Shown piece after piece: positions 1-12,469 of a stretch of 64,000 bases of DNA. Under the pieces are notes generated by a model. It searched no databases, was not told the DNA's origin, and was given only the letters and a program-made list of their open reading frames with translations. The stretch covers positions 190,278,001 to 190,342,000 of the forward strand of contig OZ024743.1 in the NCBI GenBank assembly GCA_964016885.1, in the 5' to 3' direction. Each line of letters begins with the position of its first letter. Positions within the stretch are counted from its first letter, which is position 1. Both the position numbers and the translations under genes were made by a program. Origin of the DNA: Eledone cirrhosa (lineage: Eukaryota).

Positions 1-3000
1 TGAATAAATTGAGACCATTTGCGAAAAACACTTCATCTGTCCATAATCAAGAACTAGATTTTTCTGAGATTATTGGGTCTATATTTTACATGGCAAGATA
101 TTTTTATTCAGTACTAAATTTTGACGCAGATTATTTGTGTTTAAAACATAATTGGTAACACAAACAACTTTCCCTAACTACATCTATTGACCTTATTTAT
201 ATTAACAGCATTTTCACCTCTATAACTATAAATTCTGATAAGTTGTCGTTACACAATTAAGTGACTGCATTAACGTTATTTAAAATAAAATATTTTTAGG
301 AACGCAAGGGTAATCGTGCAATGGTTTAATGGGGCAATATGTATTCAAATCGTTTATTTAACTTTCATTGAAAGATGATAAAGCTAGCATTGCCCTCAAT
401 CTATATAAAATAAGAGCTAAAATCTAGATTATATTTTCATTTTCGCAAAGGTCTATTTAGTGAAATTAAATTGAATAGACCTATGAAGTAACCCCCTTTT
501 ACCAGCCATCTTAATATTTCAACTATGTAAATTAGATGTGTTTCCTTTGTTTCAACGTCGATCTTTCATTTCTTTTTACAAACAGACACATTAATGACAT
601 ACGCTTTATAGAGGTATCTAATGAAAATTGGTAACTTTTTTTTTGGGGGGGGGGGGTACCAGGTTACACTATTAACGTTTAAGATCGTGAGCCCTCGCCG
701 AGTTTCCCAAAGGATCTATATCAGGAATTGGGATATAGTACTTATAGTATTGAGGTTTTGATTTTAATACGTGTCTAAAATCTAAGAACACACACTATCT
801 CTTTTTATTTCGTAAACGCCTAATATTAGAGAATATAAATTACATTGGTTTAATAGCCAATGTCTTCAAGGGTAGATTCTCTAGAAGACTTCATATTGCA
901 GGAACAAAGAAAATTCCATCTCCCTGTATTGTTTCATCTGGATGCTTCATGAGAAAGTGTAGCATTTAATGGAGCATCTTGAACAGAGCATTCCTAACCA
1001 CCCTGCAACAAACCGCGATATCGACCAAGAGGAAAACTGACTTAAGGTTTTGCTGCTACCGGAGAAGGCTCGTTTAGCCAACTTCAAACCACTGGCTAAG
1101 GATGTCCCACATTGGCTATCTTAACTCAACTATCTATACGTTAGTCAAATAGACCACACACAAGCATATATACTACAAAACACCTAGATTACTCTGACAC
1201 CACCTTCAGACCCACCAACAATTCATCACATACAACAAATGAACATTTAGTTCCCCAGCAACAGGATACACGCAGATTTGAAGACCTGTCAGAAACAAGG
1301 ATGCCGACAGAAGCCATTAAATATAATTGGATTATATATATAAACAATTTAAAAGGAATACGAAGGTAGTTATCCAATTGCAATCATTTATTTCTACAAT
1401 CGTTTCTATGAAGATAGATGCAGTAGCACTCAGATGAATTAATTAATCAGCCAATCAATTAATTATTTACATCTCTTGATATCGGCAGTATATATAAATC
1501 AATTAATTAATACATAGGCAAACATTCATAGGATGAAAGAATACACAGAGAAAAATAAAAGAAGGCGAGTCTTAGTTAAAGAACAACATTTTAATTTAAT
1601 CATTTTCCGAGAAAGTATAATGTAAGACGTAAGATAGTGTTAGAGAGAAACTTAAAAGGATTGAAAATCTCTACGCATAGCAAAAGTAATAATATTTAAA
1701 AATAAGTGTATGTATAAACATTTTGGTGTAAGGTATATCTAGTGATATTGTCCGTGGTAGCTTTAACATCAAATAGTCATGGACTTACACGGAATTGAAT
1801 GAAAGGAAGAACCGTTATATGATCATTTTATGGTAAAAAGAGTGAGCACATGTCGGTACCATGTAAGTACATATGTATTTGATGTATACGCAAAGATTTA
1901 TTATCTTTTTTTATGTGATCCAATTTACTTGCAACCTATCCTTTATTACTTTATGTTTGTCATGTTAGAGTTGAAATTTTAACTACACTTAACATGTTTA
2001 AATTCTTATACAATCGTGTTGTCTGTCTCTTCTCATTATTCTCTAACATGGATAATGTGGATTTCAGTGGTGGCCGTTCATTTGTCTTACATCCTATCCA
2101 CAAATGTTTGACCCTGAATCAAAGTTAAACAACTTTTGCTCATGTTACCATCACAGTTGTTTCGCTGAAGATGAGTTGTTTCCTTAATCATTTGTACTAT
2201 GTTCTTTACGTCTATGTCTATAAATTCCAACATCTTTTCGTTTAGAAATTATTCTGTGCAATAAAATAACACGGATAATTGAAGCTCTTAGAATAAAGTG
2301 TCAGAAAATATTTAGAAAATTCTACAAGTGAGATGTGACATCCTCTCAATCAACCACAAATTGCACGTTATTAAAAGTTATAATTAACGAAAAATAGTAG
2401 GATACTAAACTGCAATTTTATGATGTGCTTAATTCCATTTTAATTACCAAGTATAGTATGCAGTCTAGCATAAAACAAATTATTTTGGCGTAGTCAGCAT
2501 ATGTATGTGTTTACTTGTGTCTGCGTAATATAAAAATGAGTAATATAAATCAGAAATGGACACATGACTACAACTAAGGTAAATTCTTCAGGTTTCAAGA
2601 GAATTGTTGCAAGTGTGATTTTGAAGTCATATAGATAGATCGAATTGTCAATACACGAATACTCCATCAAATTTTAAAATATGACATATCCAATGTATAG
2701 ATTTAGTAACTATTTAACAATTACATTTAGCAAATGTGCGGTATTATTATAATCTATAGTCTATATACTAAGCATTCACTTTCAATTTATCCTAGTGTAA
2801 AAAATATTATCATCCTCATCTTCATCATTGTAATAAATCTGCATTTTTTCCTACTAACTTTTAAAATTTGGTAAGATCAAAACATTTCGAATATTGAATA
2901 TCGTCATTAATCTTGGTCTTATATTATATAATGTGTGATTGCGTTGGATTGGCGGAATCGTTGGAGCGTTGGATAAAGGTTTTGCGATAATTTGCTCTTG

Positions 3001-3150
3001 ATATTTACAGTCTGAGTTCGACTGCTGTCGAGGATTGATACAATATGTTACCAGTCAAGCTCTGGTTGATTTAGTCTAAGCCAAATTGCTGCTTTATGTA
3101 TTCAACATATAATACCAAACGTCGCTTGATCTGATCTCTTTACAACAATC

Positions 3151-3210
3151 TGTCGTCGTCGTCTTCTTCTTCTTCTTCTTCTTAATATTATTATTATTAT
3201 TATTATTATT
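3151..3210. repeat. Compound microsatellite (GTC)n(TTC)n(ATT)n, insertion site of Tx1 copy 1
   Basis: Read directly; the ATT tract ends at the element 5' end GGCGACC. Confidence 0.9.
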
Positions 3211-6200
3211 GGCGACCTACGTAGTAAATCGTATCATCGTGAGCTCCGCAAAGGTTTGTTATTTTCAGTTGTTTAAAATTGCCATTTATGGAAATTTTTT
3301 TATTGTTAACTGTATATAAGTGCACATACAAGATTTCTGAAAAGGACACTCAAAAATATTGGGGCCTTGAGCCCAAAATTTAAACTTATTATAATTATCA
3401 AACAAAAATTTTTCTTTGAAAAATCATGGATGACTCAGAGACACTCCTTCCTCAGAATCTAACACCTCATAACGACACCACCATTGTAAATATTGCTACG
3501 TTTGCCAACACTGTAAGCAGTAGCAATATTTTTAATTTGTCTCAGGCAGACGTTCATTTCCCGCCATTACCAATGACTGCAGGTGTTAAAGCCGCCACCC
3601 CCACCATATCACAGCGATAACAGAAACAAAAGAAAAAAAAAATTAACTCGTGATATCGAAATGAATTCAACCAAAATGAACTCTTCCAAATAGAACACCA
3701 CTGACGCCACCACCACCACAACTGAAACTAAAATTAACAATAGCAAAAATAACGATAACAACAACAGCAACAATGAAATTAAGAAAACTACCCTGAGTTT
3801 TGCCAGAGTAGCAAAAACGTGCGAAGCGATCCAGGTAACTCAAGAGGAATTAGAAGAAGCCAAAGGAATGGTAAAGAAAGATGGGTACAGGGTCAGCCTC
3901 ACCCCCCACCCAATAAAATGGAGCAATGTCGCCTATGCATCGTGTCTTATCGGACAATTAACATAAAATCGCGCCGAGTGAAACGGGCATCCGAGTCACA
4001 AATCCAAAAAGCTTTGGGACATGTGTGGGCAAAAAAACCCCACATGGGCAAAAATATGGAACCGTGGACGTGTTCTTTGAAACACCACAGGAGGTCAGAG
4101 AACACTCCAGGGTCCCATTAAGAAGTGACGACTTCACACTCGTCCCAAGCTATTGTGGCCAGAGACTTGTGAAGATCAGGGTGACCCACGTTCCACCGGC
4201 CATCGAAATTCCCTGCCTAATAGCTGCCGTCCTCGCCGGCATCGAGGCCAACACGAAGATAATTGAAATAGCGATAGAAAAGCAGGAGAATTGGTCCGGA
4301 TCTGGGATGGAGCTCCTGATCCAAGCGGACCGTAAAGCATTGAGGAGATCGCAGAGGTAATAGACCTCACTGACGGCAACCACCTCACCGTAATCGTCGA
4401 GGGCAGAAGACCTAGGTGTGTCCCGCTCTTTAGTGTTAGTGGGCGACTAGAACGGGATCTTAGATGCACACTGGGACTGTGTGGGATTAGCGGATAGAGG
4501 AGGAGGGTGCAAGAGCCTCACCAACCTGCTCAGGCGTTTTGAATTGTCTGACAGGTACCGATTGGATTTCCCGAATGTGCCAATGTGGACTTGAACAAAT
4601 CGCATAGGGTCATCCAGATCATATCTAGATAGAGTATTTTGTAGAGAAATAGATAGGTCTAGCATAGGCTGTCCACAATTCAAGATAGTCAGCTACACGG
4701 ACCACAAATTCGTGATCTGTGTGCTTGACTTAGGTAGGATTTATAGACGTGGACACAGCCACTGGAAACTAAACGCGTCCTTACCAGCGCGCAAGGCCTA
4801 CAGAGACCGGATTAGCGAACTAGTTAAGCGGGCGTTGACGGGGGCCATCGTCAACAACAAGTGGTGGTTTGCTCTGAAAAGAGCAATTAGAATAGAGTCC
4901 ATTAGGTTTAGTAAGGCTTTAGCAATAGAGAAAAATAGAGCAGAGGGAGAATTAGTTAGAAAATTAGACGAAGCGCTTAGCAAAGGCATCGCGACCGACG
5001 TACTTGCGGCGAAATTGGCCCTTGACCAATTCTTCAATGCAAAGCACGAAGGCTGCGTTGTCAGAGCTAGGGTGCGTGCTCTCAGACACGAGTGGACGAA
5101 AGCCATTCAATGGGCCCGAGTGGCGGAGGCGCGTCGTGGCAACAAAGCCACGATCCGTTCTTTGGTGGACAACGACGGGCGCATGCTACTCGATCCCGGG
5201 CAAATGTGTGAAGCTTTTCAGCGACACTTTGCTCAGTTGTTCGGGGGCAGCGGCGGGCCGGATCGAGGGATGGACTTTAGTGTCTACCTCGACGGACTGC
5301 CGCGGCTCTCGGCAACTGAGGCGGAGTGTTGCGAAAAGCCGATAACCGCTGAAGTACGGGAGGTAATGACTGGCTGCACAAGGGGCAAATAGCCTGGTTT
5401 AGATGGTCTGCCCTATGAACTTTACGTACAAATGCCAGACTTGTTCGGAGGCCTCCTGGCGGACGTCTACTGCAACTGGCAACAGAACGGGAGAATTCCC
5501 AGCTCTGTGACCGAGGAGCGGTGGCGCTGCTGAGAAAGGATCCGAACAAGGGGGATAACATAGATAATTTTAGGCCCATAACTCTGCTAAACACAGAGTT
5601 CAAGATTTTGGCCAAGGTGCTAGCAAAGAGGTTGGCGCTTGTCGTTGGTGGTCTGGTGGGAGAGGCACAGACATGCGCCATTCTCGACAGATCCATCCAC
5701 TACAACCTCCATCTCATGCGATACATCGTAGAGAGGGTAGCTAGGGAACCTGGCACAGGTGGGTCTTTGATCAATTTAGATCAGTCGAAAGCCTTCGATA
5801 GGGTCGACCATCGTTACCTAGCGGCAGTCCTGAGGGCGGCTGGTTTTGGGCCCGTCTTCAGAGGCTGGATCGCTGCCATGCACAGCGACATCTGCTCTGT
5901 AGTGAGAGTGAACGGTCACCTTTCGGAACCGTTCAACATCATGCGCTCGGCCCGCCAAGGATGTCCCCTCTTGTCCCTATTGTACGTATTGACTCTCGAG
6001 CTATTACTGCACAAACTGGAGACGTTGAGGGGGGTCCCGCGCGAACTATGATGCGGAAGATCCGTGTCAGCATATGCCGACGATGTCACCGTAGTGGTGT
6101 CGAACGCCAAACACATCGAGGCGATCGGCACTACACTAAGAGAATACGAAGCGGTGACAGGAGCAATGATCAACCAGGATAAGTCAGTGGGCCTGCAGCT

Positions 6201-7680
6201 CGGCACCTGGAGAGGCAGGTCCATGCCGTCCAACACCATCGTCGGGCGCTGGACGGACGGACCGGTTAAATTGCTAGGGGTCTGGTTCGGTCCAGCCCTC
6301 CAGACGGACAAAAACTGGGACGAGGTGAGGAGCAGGGTGGCTTCTCTCACCCAGAAATGGGCCGAGAGGAAGCTATCCCTGAAAGGTCGAGCGCAGGTGG
6401 CTAACGCGTACATCGCGTCCGTCATCTACTACCGCCTGACCGTCGTACCTTGTCCTAAGACGCCTGACTGCGCTGGAGCGTTTTCTCTTTCGCTTCTTGT
6501 GGAAGAGACGCGCTCCGATGGTCAGGCGGTCCATCTGTTGTCAACACCCGCTACGTGGAGGGCTGGGCATGCCGTGGCTGATGATGTGCAGACACGCGCT
6601 CAGGCTACGACATCTCCACCTCTTCCTTGACGGTGATCAGGTGTGGTCGCCGTTTGCTAGACACGTTTTTCCCCAGCTCGTCTCCTTGACGGAGCTGCAG
6701 TCCTGGGTCAAGCGAAGACCGAGAGGGAGCGCTTGGAGACTGGAATGTCTTCAGGCGCTCACAGCCCTCGACCAATCGGGCAATGTGATCGGGGGAAACT
6801 CCACCTTGGAGTTCTATAGGGGATTAGTGGAGGGTAAGAGCGACGACGTACTTGGAGAAACTCTAGGCGTCGACGAAAATCAACTAGCCAATCTCTTCGG
6901 AAGGTCTTTCGGGCCGGGGCCTATGGACAACTTCCAGAAATCCCTGGCCTGGCAGTGCTACCGGGGTGCTTTGCCAGTTCGGGATAAACTCTACAGGCAT
7001 GGAGGTGCCGTCAGCCGGGCATGTCCGAGATGCGCACAGGGCGACGAAACCGTCCTGCACGAACTCGTCCAGTGTCCGAGCATTGCTGACTTGTTGGTTT
7101 ATGTCGAACACCTGTTGTCGCGTGTAGAACGGATCCAGCTATCAGCTGAGTCCATCGTGAGGATTGCCCCGCCCTCTTCCTTTCGCCAGGAGGGCAGGCA
7201 GTTTTTATCTCTGGTGGCCATGGCGAAAGAGATAGTATGGTGGACACGTTTGAAAGGGCTGAAGACAAACACTTACCTCTTCGGTGATGCCCTGATTAAC
7301 TTTTTCAAATTTCATTTGAAAAGGAAAATCAGAGTAGAGAGGGAAGTGTTCTCTTCCCAGCATTTTGTTGAAAGATGGGTGAGAGAAGCAAGTATGGCCC
7401 GAATGAATGGGCCTTCTCTGAGTATGTGTCTGTAAATTAAAGGTGGAAAACTGGGAGAGGGCACTTGCCCTGGGGGTCAGGTTCACTGTGGTCTTTTAAT
7501 GGGCTTTCTCCACAAATGTCCCTCGGAAGTCTCCCCCCTATTGGGGAATTTTTCTGTTATTTTATTACATCCTCTGTTTTTTTACACGCAGAAATGCCCA
7601 TTTGTACCGTCCTGTATTGTACTGTACTGTGCTTATTGTCTACTTTATGTAAACCCTTGTGGTTAATAAAGAAAACAAAA
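3211..7680 (+). mobile_element. L1/Tx1-clade non-LTR retrotransposon, copy 1 (both ends present, 1365-bp internal deletion, decayed)
   Basis: Same 5' end (GGCGACCTACGTAGTAAATCG) and 3' end (AATAAAGAAAAC + ATT repeats) as 22257-28158. RT motifs NFRPITLLN, DQSKAFDRV, RQGCP, YADD; C-terminal CPRC-x8-H-x4-C. Several stops and frameshifts. Confidence 0.93.
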
Positions 7681-7711
<31 letters not shown>

Positions 7712-7720
7712 GTTATTTCT

Positions 7721-10700
7721 CTTTGAGTCTCAGTCATTGATGTTAGTTAACTGGAAAGTTTGTTGAGATGAATATCAAGCCACTACCTGCAGCTTCAGAT
7801 ATTCAGGACGTATCGGAGGGTTCTTGCTGTTCCCAGCAAGCATGCCTTTTGAAGCGTTCCAAAAAGCGTGAAGGGGCCAATTTTCTTTAACCATCCTTTT
7901 TGAGATAGTCCTTAGTACGCCTATGACAATCGGGATCACTTTGACTTCATGGCAGTTCCAAATCCTTTTTACCGCCCACTTTAAGTCCTGGTATCGGTTA
8001 ATTTTCTCCCTCTCCTTCTCTTGCACTCTCGTTTCGAATGGGCAAGCCACATCCACAATCAGGCACGATCTTTTTTCTTGTCCAAAATCACCTGGTCAGG
8101 TCTATTGTGTTCCAGTTTCTTGTCCGTCTGTATCCTAAAATCCCACAGTACCTTCACCTGATCGTTTCTATCACCGCCTCTGGCTTATGCTCATACCACT
8201 TCTAAGAATGTGGTAAATTGTTTACTTTGCATAGGTGCCAGTGGATCACCCTGGCCATCACATCATGTCTCCAGCCCTTATAGTGAGTCTGGGCTCGGTG
8301 TTTACACTCGGATACAATGTGAGCCACAGTCTCCTCTCTCTCTCCACAGATCCTGCACAGTGGGCTAGCCTCCTCCTTGTAAATATGGTGTTTCAACCAC
8401 TTCGTTTTGCGGGCCTGCTCCTGCGCAGCCATTAACATTCCTTCTGTAGCCTTTTTAAGGTCTCCTCTTTTCAACCAGTTCCATGTCTGTGGATCTCTAA
8501 ATTCAGTTTTCTCAAGGAAGGTACTATGAAGGGATTTTTCTTGAAGGCTGCTCTTTCTCCTTGATGTTATTTCCTCCTTGGACATCCCCTGGCCTATTGT
8601 CCCCTCCTTCAGTACATTTCTGAGCATTGGCTCCTTACTATCAGTCACGTATTTGTGTAGGTTGTTTTTCTCCATCTGAACACAGTCCTCTATGCCGATA
8701 AGACCTCTTCCACCCTCAGATCTCCTTAAGTAGAGTCTATCGACATCACTCCTCTTGTGGAACATATTGTAGATAATCCATAGCTTCCTAGTCTTCCTAT
8801 CCATTTCTTTTTGTTCAGCAACATTCCATCTGTACCTAATAATAGACACAGCTTGGGAGTTTACTGCACTTATGGCATTCCTACTGTTCAGATGTGACTT
8901 TAATACGCTCCTTACTCTCCGAAGTTATTCAGTTCTTATCAATTCCTTCATTTTTTTGTTCTTGATATCATCAGCCTCCAGAACGCCCAAATACTTGTAT
9001 CCTTCCTCAGAGTCAATTTCTTTTATCATCTCACCTGTTGGTATCTGGATTTCGTTACTTCTGCTCAACTTACCCCTCCTCATCACAATGACTCCACACT
9101 TACTAATACCAAATTGCATACATATATCATTGCTGAAAATACGGACAGTGTCAACAAGCACATCCAACTCCTTCTCACTCTTCCCGAAGAGCTTAAGATC
9201 GACCACGAAGAGGAGGTGATTGATGGTAAGCCCTTCCTTTCCCAACCTGTATCCTGCTCTCACCTTTCGCAGTACACTGGTCAGGGGCATCAGGGCAAGA
9301 ACAAACAACAGAGGGGACAGACTATCTCCCTGGAAGATACCTCTCTTGATCTTCACGCTTCCCAAGGATTCTCCAGTTGATGTTAACTCTGTTTCCCAGG
9401 ACTTCATACTTTTGCCCAACAACTGCCTGATGTTATCTGCCACCTTGAAGATCTCCAGGCTTTTGGTGATCCAAGAATGAGGCACCATGTCAAATGCTTT
9501 TTTGTAGTCTATCTATCCCATGGCAAGACAAGTGTGTCTCCTCTTGCAATTCCTCATTACCATCTTATCAATAAGTAACTGGTCCTTTGTACCGCGTGAC
9601 TTCTTTCGGCATCCTTTCTGTTCGTCCGGTAACAAGTTGTTTGTTTGGAGCTGATGGTAGATTTCCTCAGACATAATGCTTGTCAACAGTTTCCACATTA
9701 TGGACAGACATGTGATAGGTCTATATTTGGTAACATCATTACCCTTGATTCGGTCTTTCATTATCAGAACTGTGGTATCTTTTGTCAACCACTCTGGTAC
9801 CTCACCTGACATCAAGCAGTCATTGAACATGGTTGTCAGTTTCGGGTGGAGGGATGTTATGTTTTTAATCCAATACCCCTGCACACCATCTGGGCCAGGT
9901 GATTTCCAGTTGGTTAGTCTTTTGGCCTGCCCCTTAAGAGTTTCAACTGTGATACTCAAATCAGTTTGTTGGCGTGCCTGTTCACTGATCTCCTTCTGTA
10001 CTGTTTCAATCCACACTGCCTGGTCATTATGTCTAACATCCTGCTCCCATATTCCTCTCCAGAATGTTTTAGTTTGTTCCGCCTCAGGGATCAAGTCGTT
10101 GCCTCTTTCTTTCCATTCAAGCTGTCCAAACAGCATCTTCTGGTTGTTGTCAAACATGCGGTTCTGTTTATACTGACTGACTCTGTTCTCGTATCGCCTG
10201 ATTTTTGCACTCTTTCTACAATGCCTTGCTTCAGTTCCTCTATGATAATATTTAGCTTTTTCCTCCTAGTTTTGTACATTATTTCCAGTCTATTTTTAGT
10301 GTCTATGTTTTTTAGTGTCCCATTCAGTAGGGACTCAAGCTTTCCAATGCCATTTCTCATTTCCCTGATTGACCACTCAGTCGTTTCTTCCACCAAGGCT
10401 CTGCTCTTTCTTGTCTGTTGTTTCCTCTTGCTTTTATACCAAGTAGTTTCCTCACCGTATTTGCTGTTGTGTTGAGGATACTGTTGCACTGGTGAAGGCT
10501 CCTCGCCTCAAGGTATGGGATGACTTTGTTTACCTTAGCTGTTGTTTCTTTTAACTTTTTCGTGTCTACAAATCTTTGGTTCATAGGTCTCCCACTATCA
10601 TTGTTCAATTCATCTACCACTGAATTTAGGATATCTACCAAATCTTGTCCTAGCCCGTCAGCATTCATCTCCTCAGTGGCCGTATCTCTGTTCCAGGTAT

Positions 10701-11290
10701 TATTTATCTCAGCATTCAGATCATTGTCTGTTTCGGGTGGTTCCTCCGTTCTCTCGACCTCTTCACCTTCATTTCCCACTGGCTCGTTTGCCTGGCTTAC
10801 TCCACCCTCCATCTCCAAGCTAATCTCTCTGCTCAGTTCCTCCAGTTCCAGCTCGCTTATCCACCCATTAGTTCTTATTACCCGAGCCTGCCCGGCCAGT
10901 TTTTGTTCATCTAATTTAAATGGACCAATCTCGTTCCAGATATTATGCATCCTTTTCCTATAGCCTTTCTCCTTGGGGTTACTCTTCGGGTAACATTGCA
11001 TAACAGTTCTATTCAATTCTTTCGTCCAGTTGGTTCTGGTCCCTTTCCTTCTTCTTCCTCCGACACCAGCAGTATTTGGTTGACAGCCAGGTCCCTGCTG
11101 CTGATCCAGGGAGCACCTGTTGGGTGAGAGTCTGTCACATGACATTCTAGTCTCTATTTCACCGTTATTCGAACTGTTTAGGTTCGACATTTAAACACTC
11201 TTATCGAGGATTGGCGAATGTATGGTTACATAACCACCGGTGAATTACTTGTCTCCGGTGGTTTCGTCACTCCACGTGACTTTTGTGTGG
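7721..11290 (-). mobile_element. R4/Dong-clade RLE non-LTR retrotransposon family A, near full length, frameshifted
   Basis: Single-ORF layout from ATG at 11190. N-terminal WTKELN..CY..EQKLAGQARVIR region; RT motifs WKSPGPDG, YRPITCL, GIFQGDSLSPLLF, KYLGV; CRIC..ETVAHIVSEC, RHD, VDVACP..EKINRY RLE nuclease. 3' end next to an (ATT)n tract. Catalytic FMDD mutated to FVVD. Confidence 0.92.
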
Positions 11291-11635
11291 CATTATCACG
11301 CTGTAGACGAACCCAAACAAACAAACAAACAAACAGGCAGAAAAAAACCCAAAAATGAATAAGCATAAGTTTCATTGTAATGTAGTGTTTGAATGTCTGA
11401 CTTAGTTTTTCCCTTCCCTTCTCTGTCCGTCCGTTTGATTTTCTCTTCATTTTTATTTCCTTTACGTTTTTCATTGTTGCTGTGCTGCTTTGATTTTGAT
11501 CTTTTTTTTGTTTTTTTTTAAATTTTGACCGGGTCATCAATTCAGTCTATTTATATATTTTGATGCTTTCCTCTTTTAGTGGGAATTCTACAATGTGGCA
11601 GGGGATAGCGGGAGAGAATAGCAGCGGTAGTGATA

Positions 11636-12029
11636 TTCTTTGAGTCTCAGTCATTGATGTTAGTTAACTTGAAAGTTTGTTGAAATGAATACCAAGCCAC
11701 TACCTTGCAGTCTCAGATATTCAGGACGTATCGGAGAGTTCTTGCTGTTCCCAGCTAGCATGTCTTTTGAAGTGTTCCAAAAAGCGGGGCGGGGCCAATT
11801 CTCTTTAACCATCCCTGGAAACTTTTTGAGATAGTACCTAGTGCGCCTATGACAATCGGGACCACTTTGACTTCATGGCAGTTCCAACTCCTTTTTACCT
11901 CCCACTTTAAGTCCTGGTATCGGTTAATTTTTTCCCTCTCCTTCTCTTGCACTCTCGTGTCGAATGGGCAGGCCACATCCACAATCAGGCACGATCTTTT
12001 TTCCTTGTCCAAAACCACTAGGTCAGGTC
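11636..12029 (-). mobile_element. Dong family A 3' fragment (RLE domain and 3' UTR)
   Basis: PDLVVLDKEKRSCLIVDVACPFD and the shared 3' terminus CTTTGAGTCTCAGTCATTGATG. Confidence 0.9.
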
Positions 12030-12094
12030 CCTTGTGGCCAATAAATAAATTATAATTATTATTATTATTATTATTATTATTTTCTTTCATTATT

Positions 12095-12277
12095 GGGTGG
12101 ATTGGTAGTATCGGTAGAGGGTCGGACGCCATGCTTTGCAGCACAGTTACGTCCCTTTACGGACTGAGTTCAAATCCCGCCAAGGTTAACTTTGCCTTGC
12201 ATCCTTAAGAGGTCGATAAAATAAAGTACCAGTAATACACTGGGATAATTGCTGGCCTTGTGCCAAAAGTAGAAACA
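12095..12277 (+). mobile_element. tRNA-derived SINE with Nin/Deu-like central domain
   Basis: B-box GAGTTCAAATCC, TTTGCCTT(T)CATCC..GGTCGATAAAATAAAGTACCAG core, tail GGCCTTGTGCCAAAAGTAGAAAC+AATTATT; multiple copies in window. Confidence 0.85.
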
Positions 12278-12469
12278 ATTATTGTTTCTGAGATATATGC
12301 CGGGTGTATTCCTGATACAGGGTAAATAAATTCACAGGTGCATTGTTAAGCCAGTTAATACAGCACATTGATTATAATTAAAATCAAAAGAAAAAAAACA
12401 GTATACATATATACACATGTGCATATGCATATGTAAATACAAGAAGGGATATCAATCTTACAGAGATAG

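Noticed and set aside
1-3100. ORF 1189-1383 and the surrounding AT-rich DNA
   Set aside because: No motifs or supportable exon structure; only a decayed SINE near 2935
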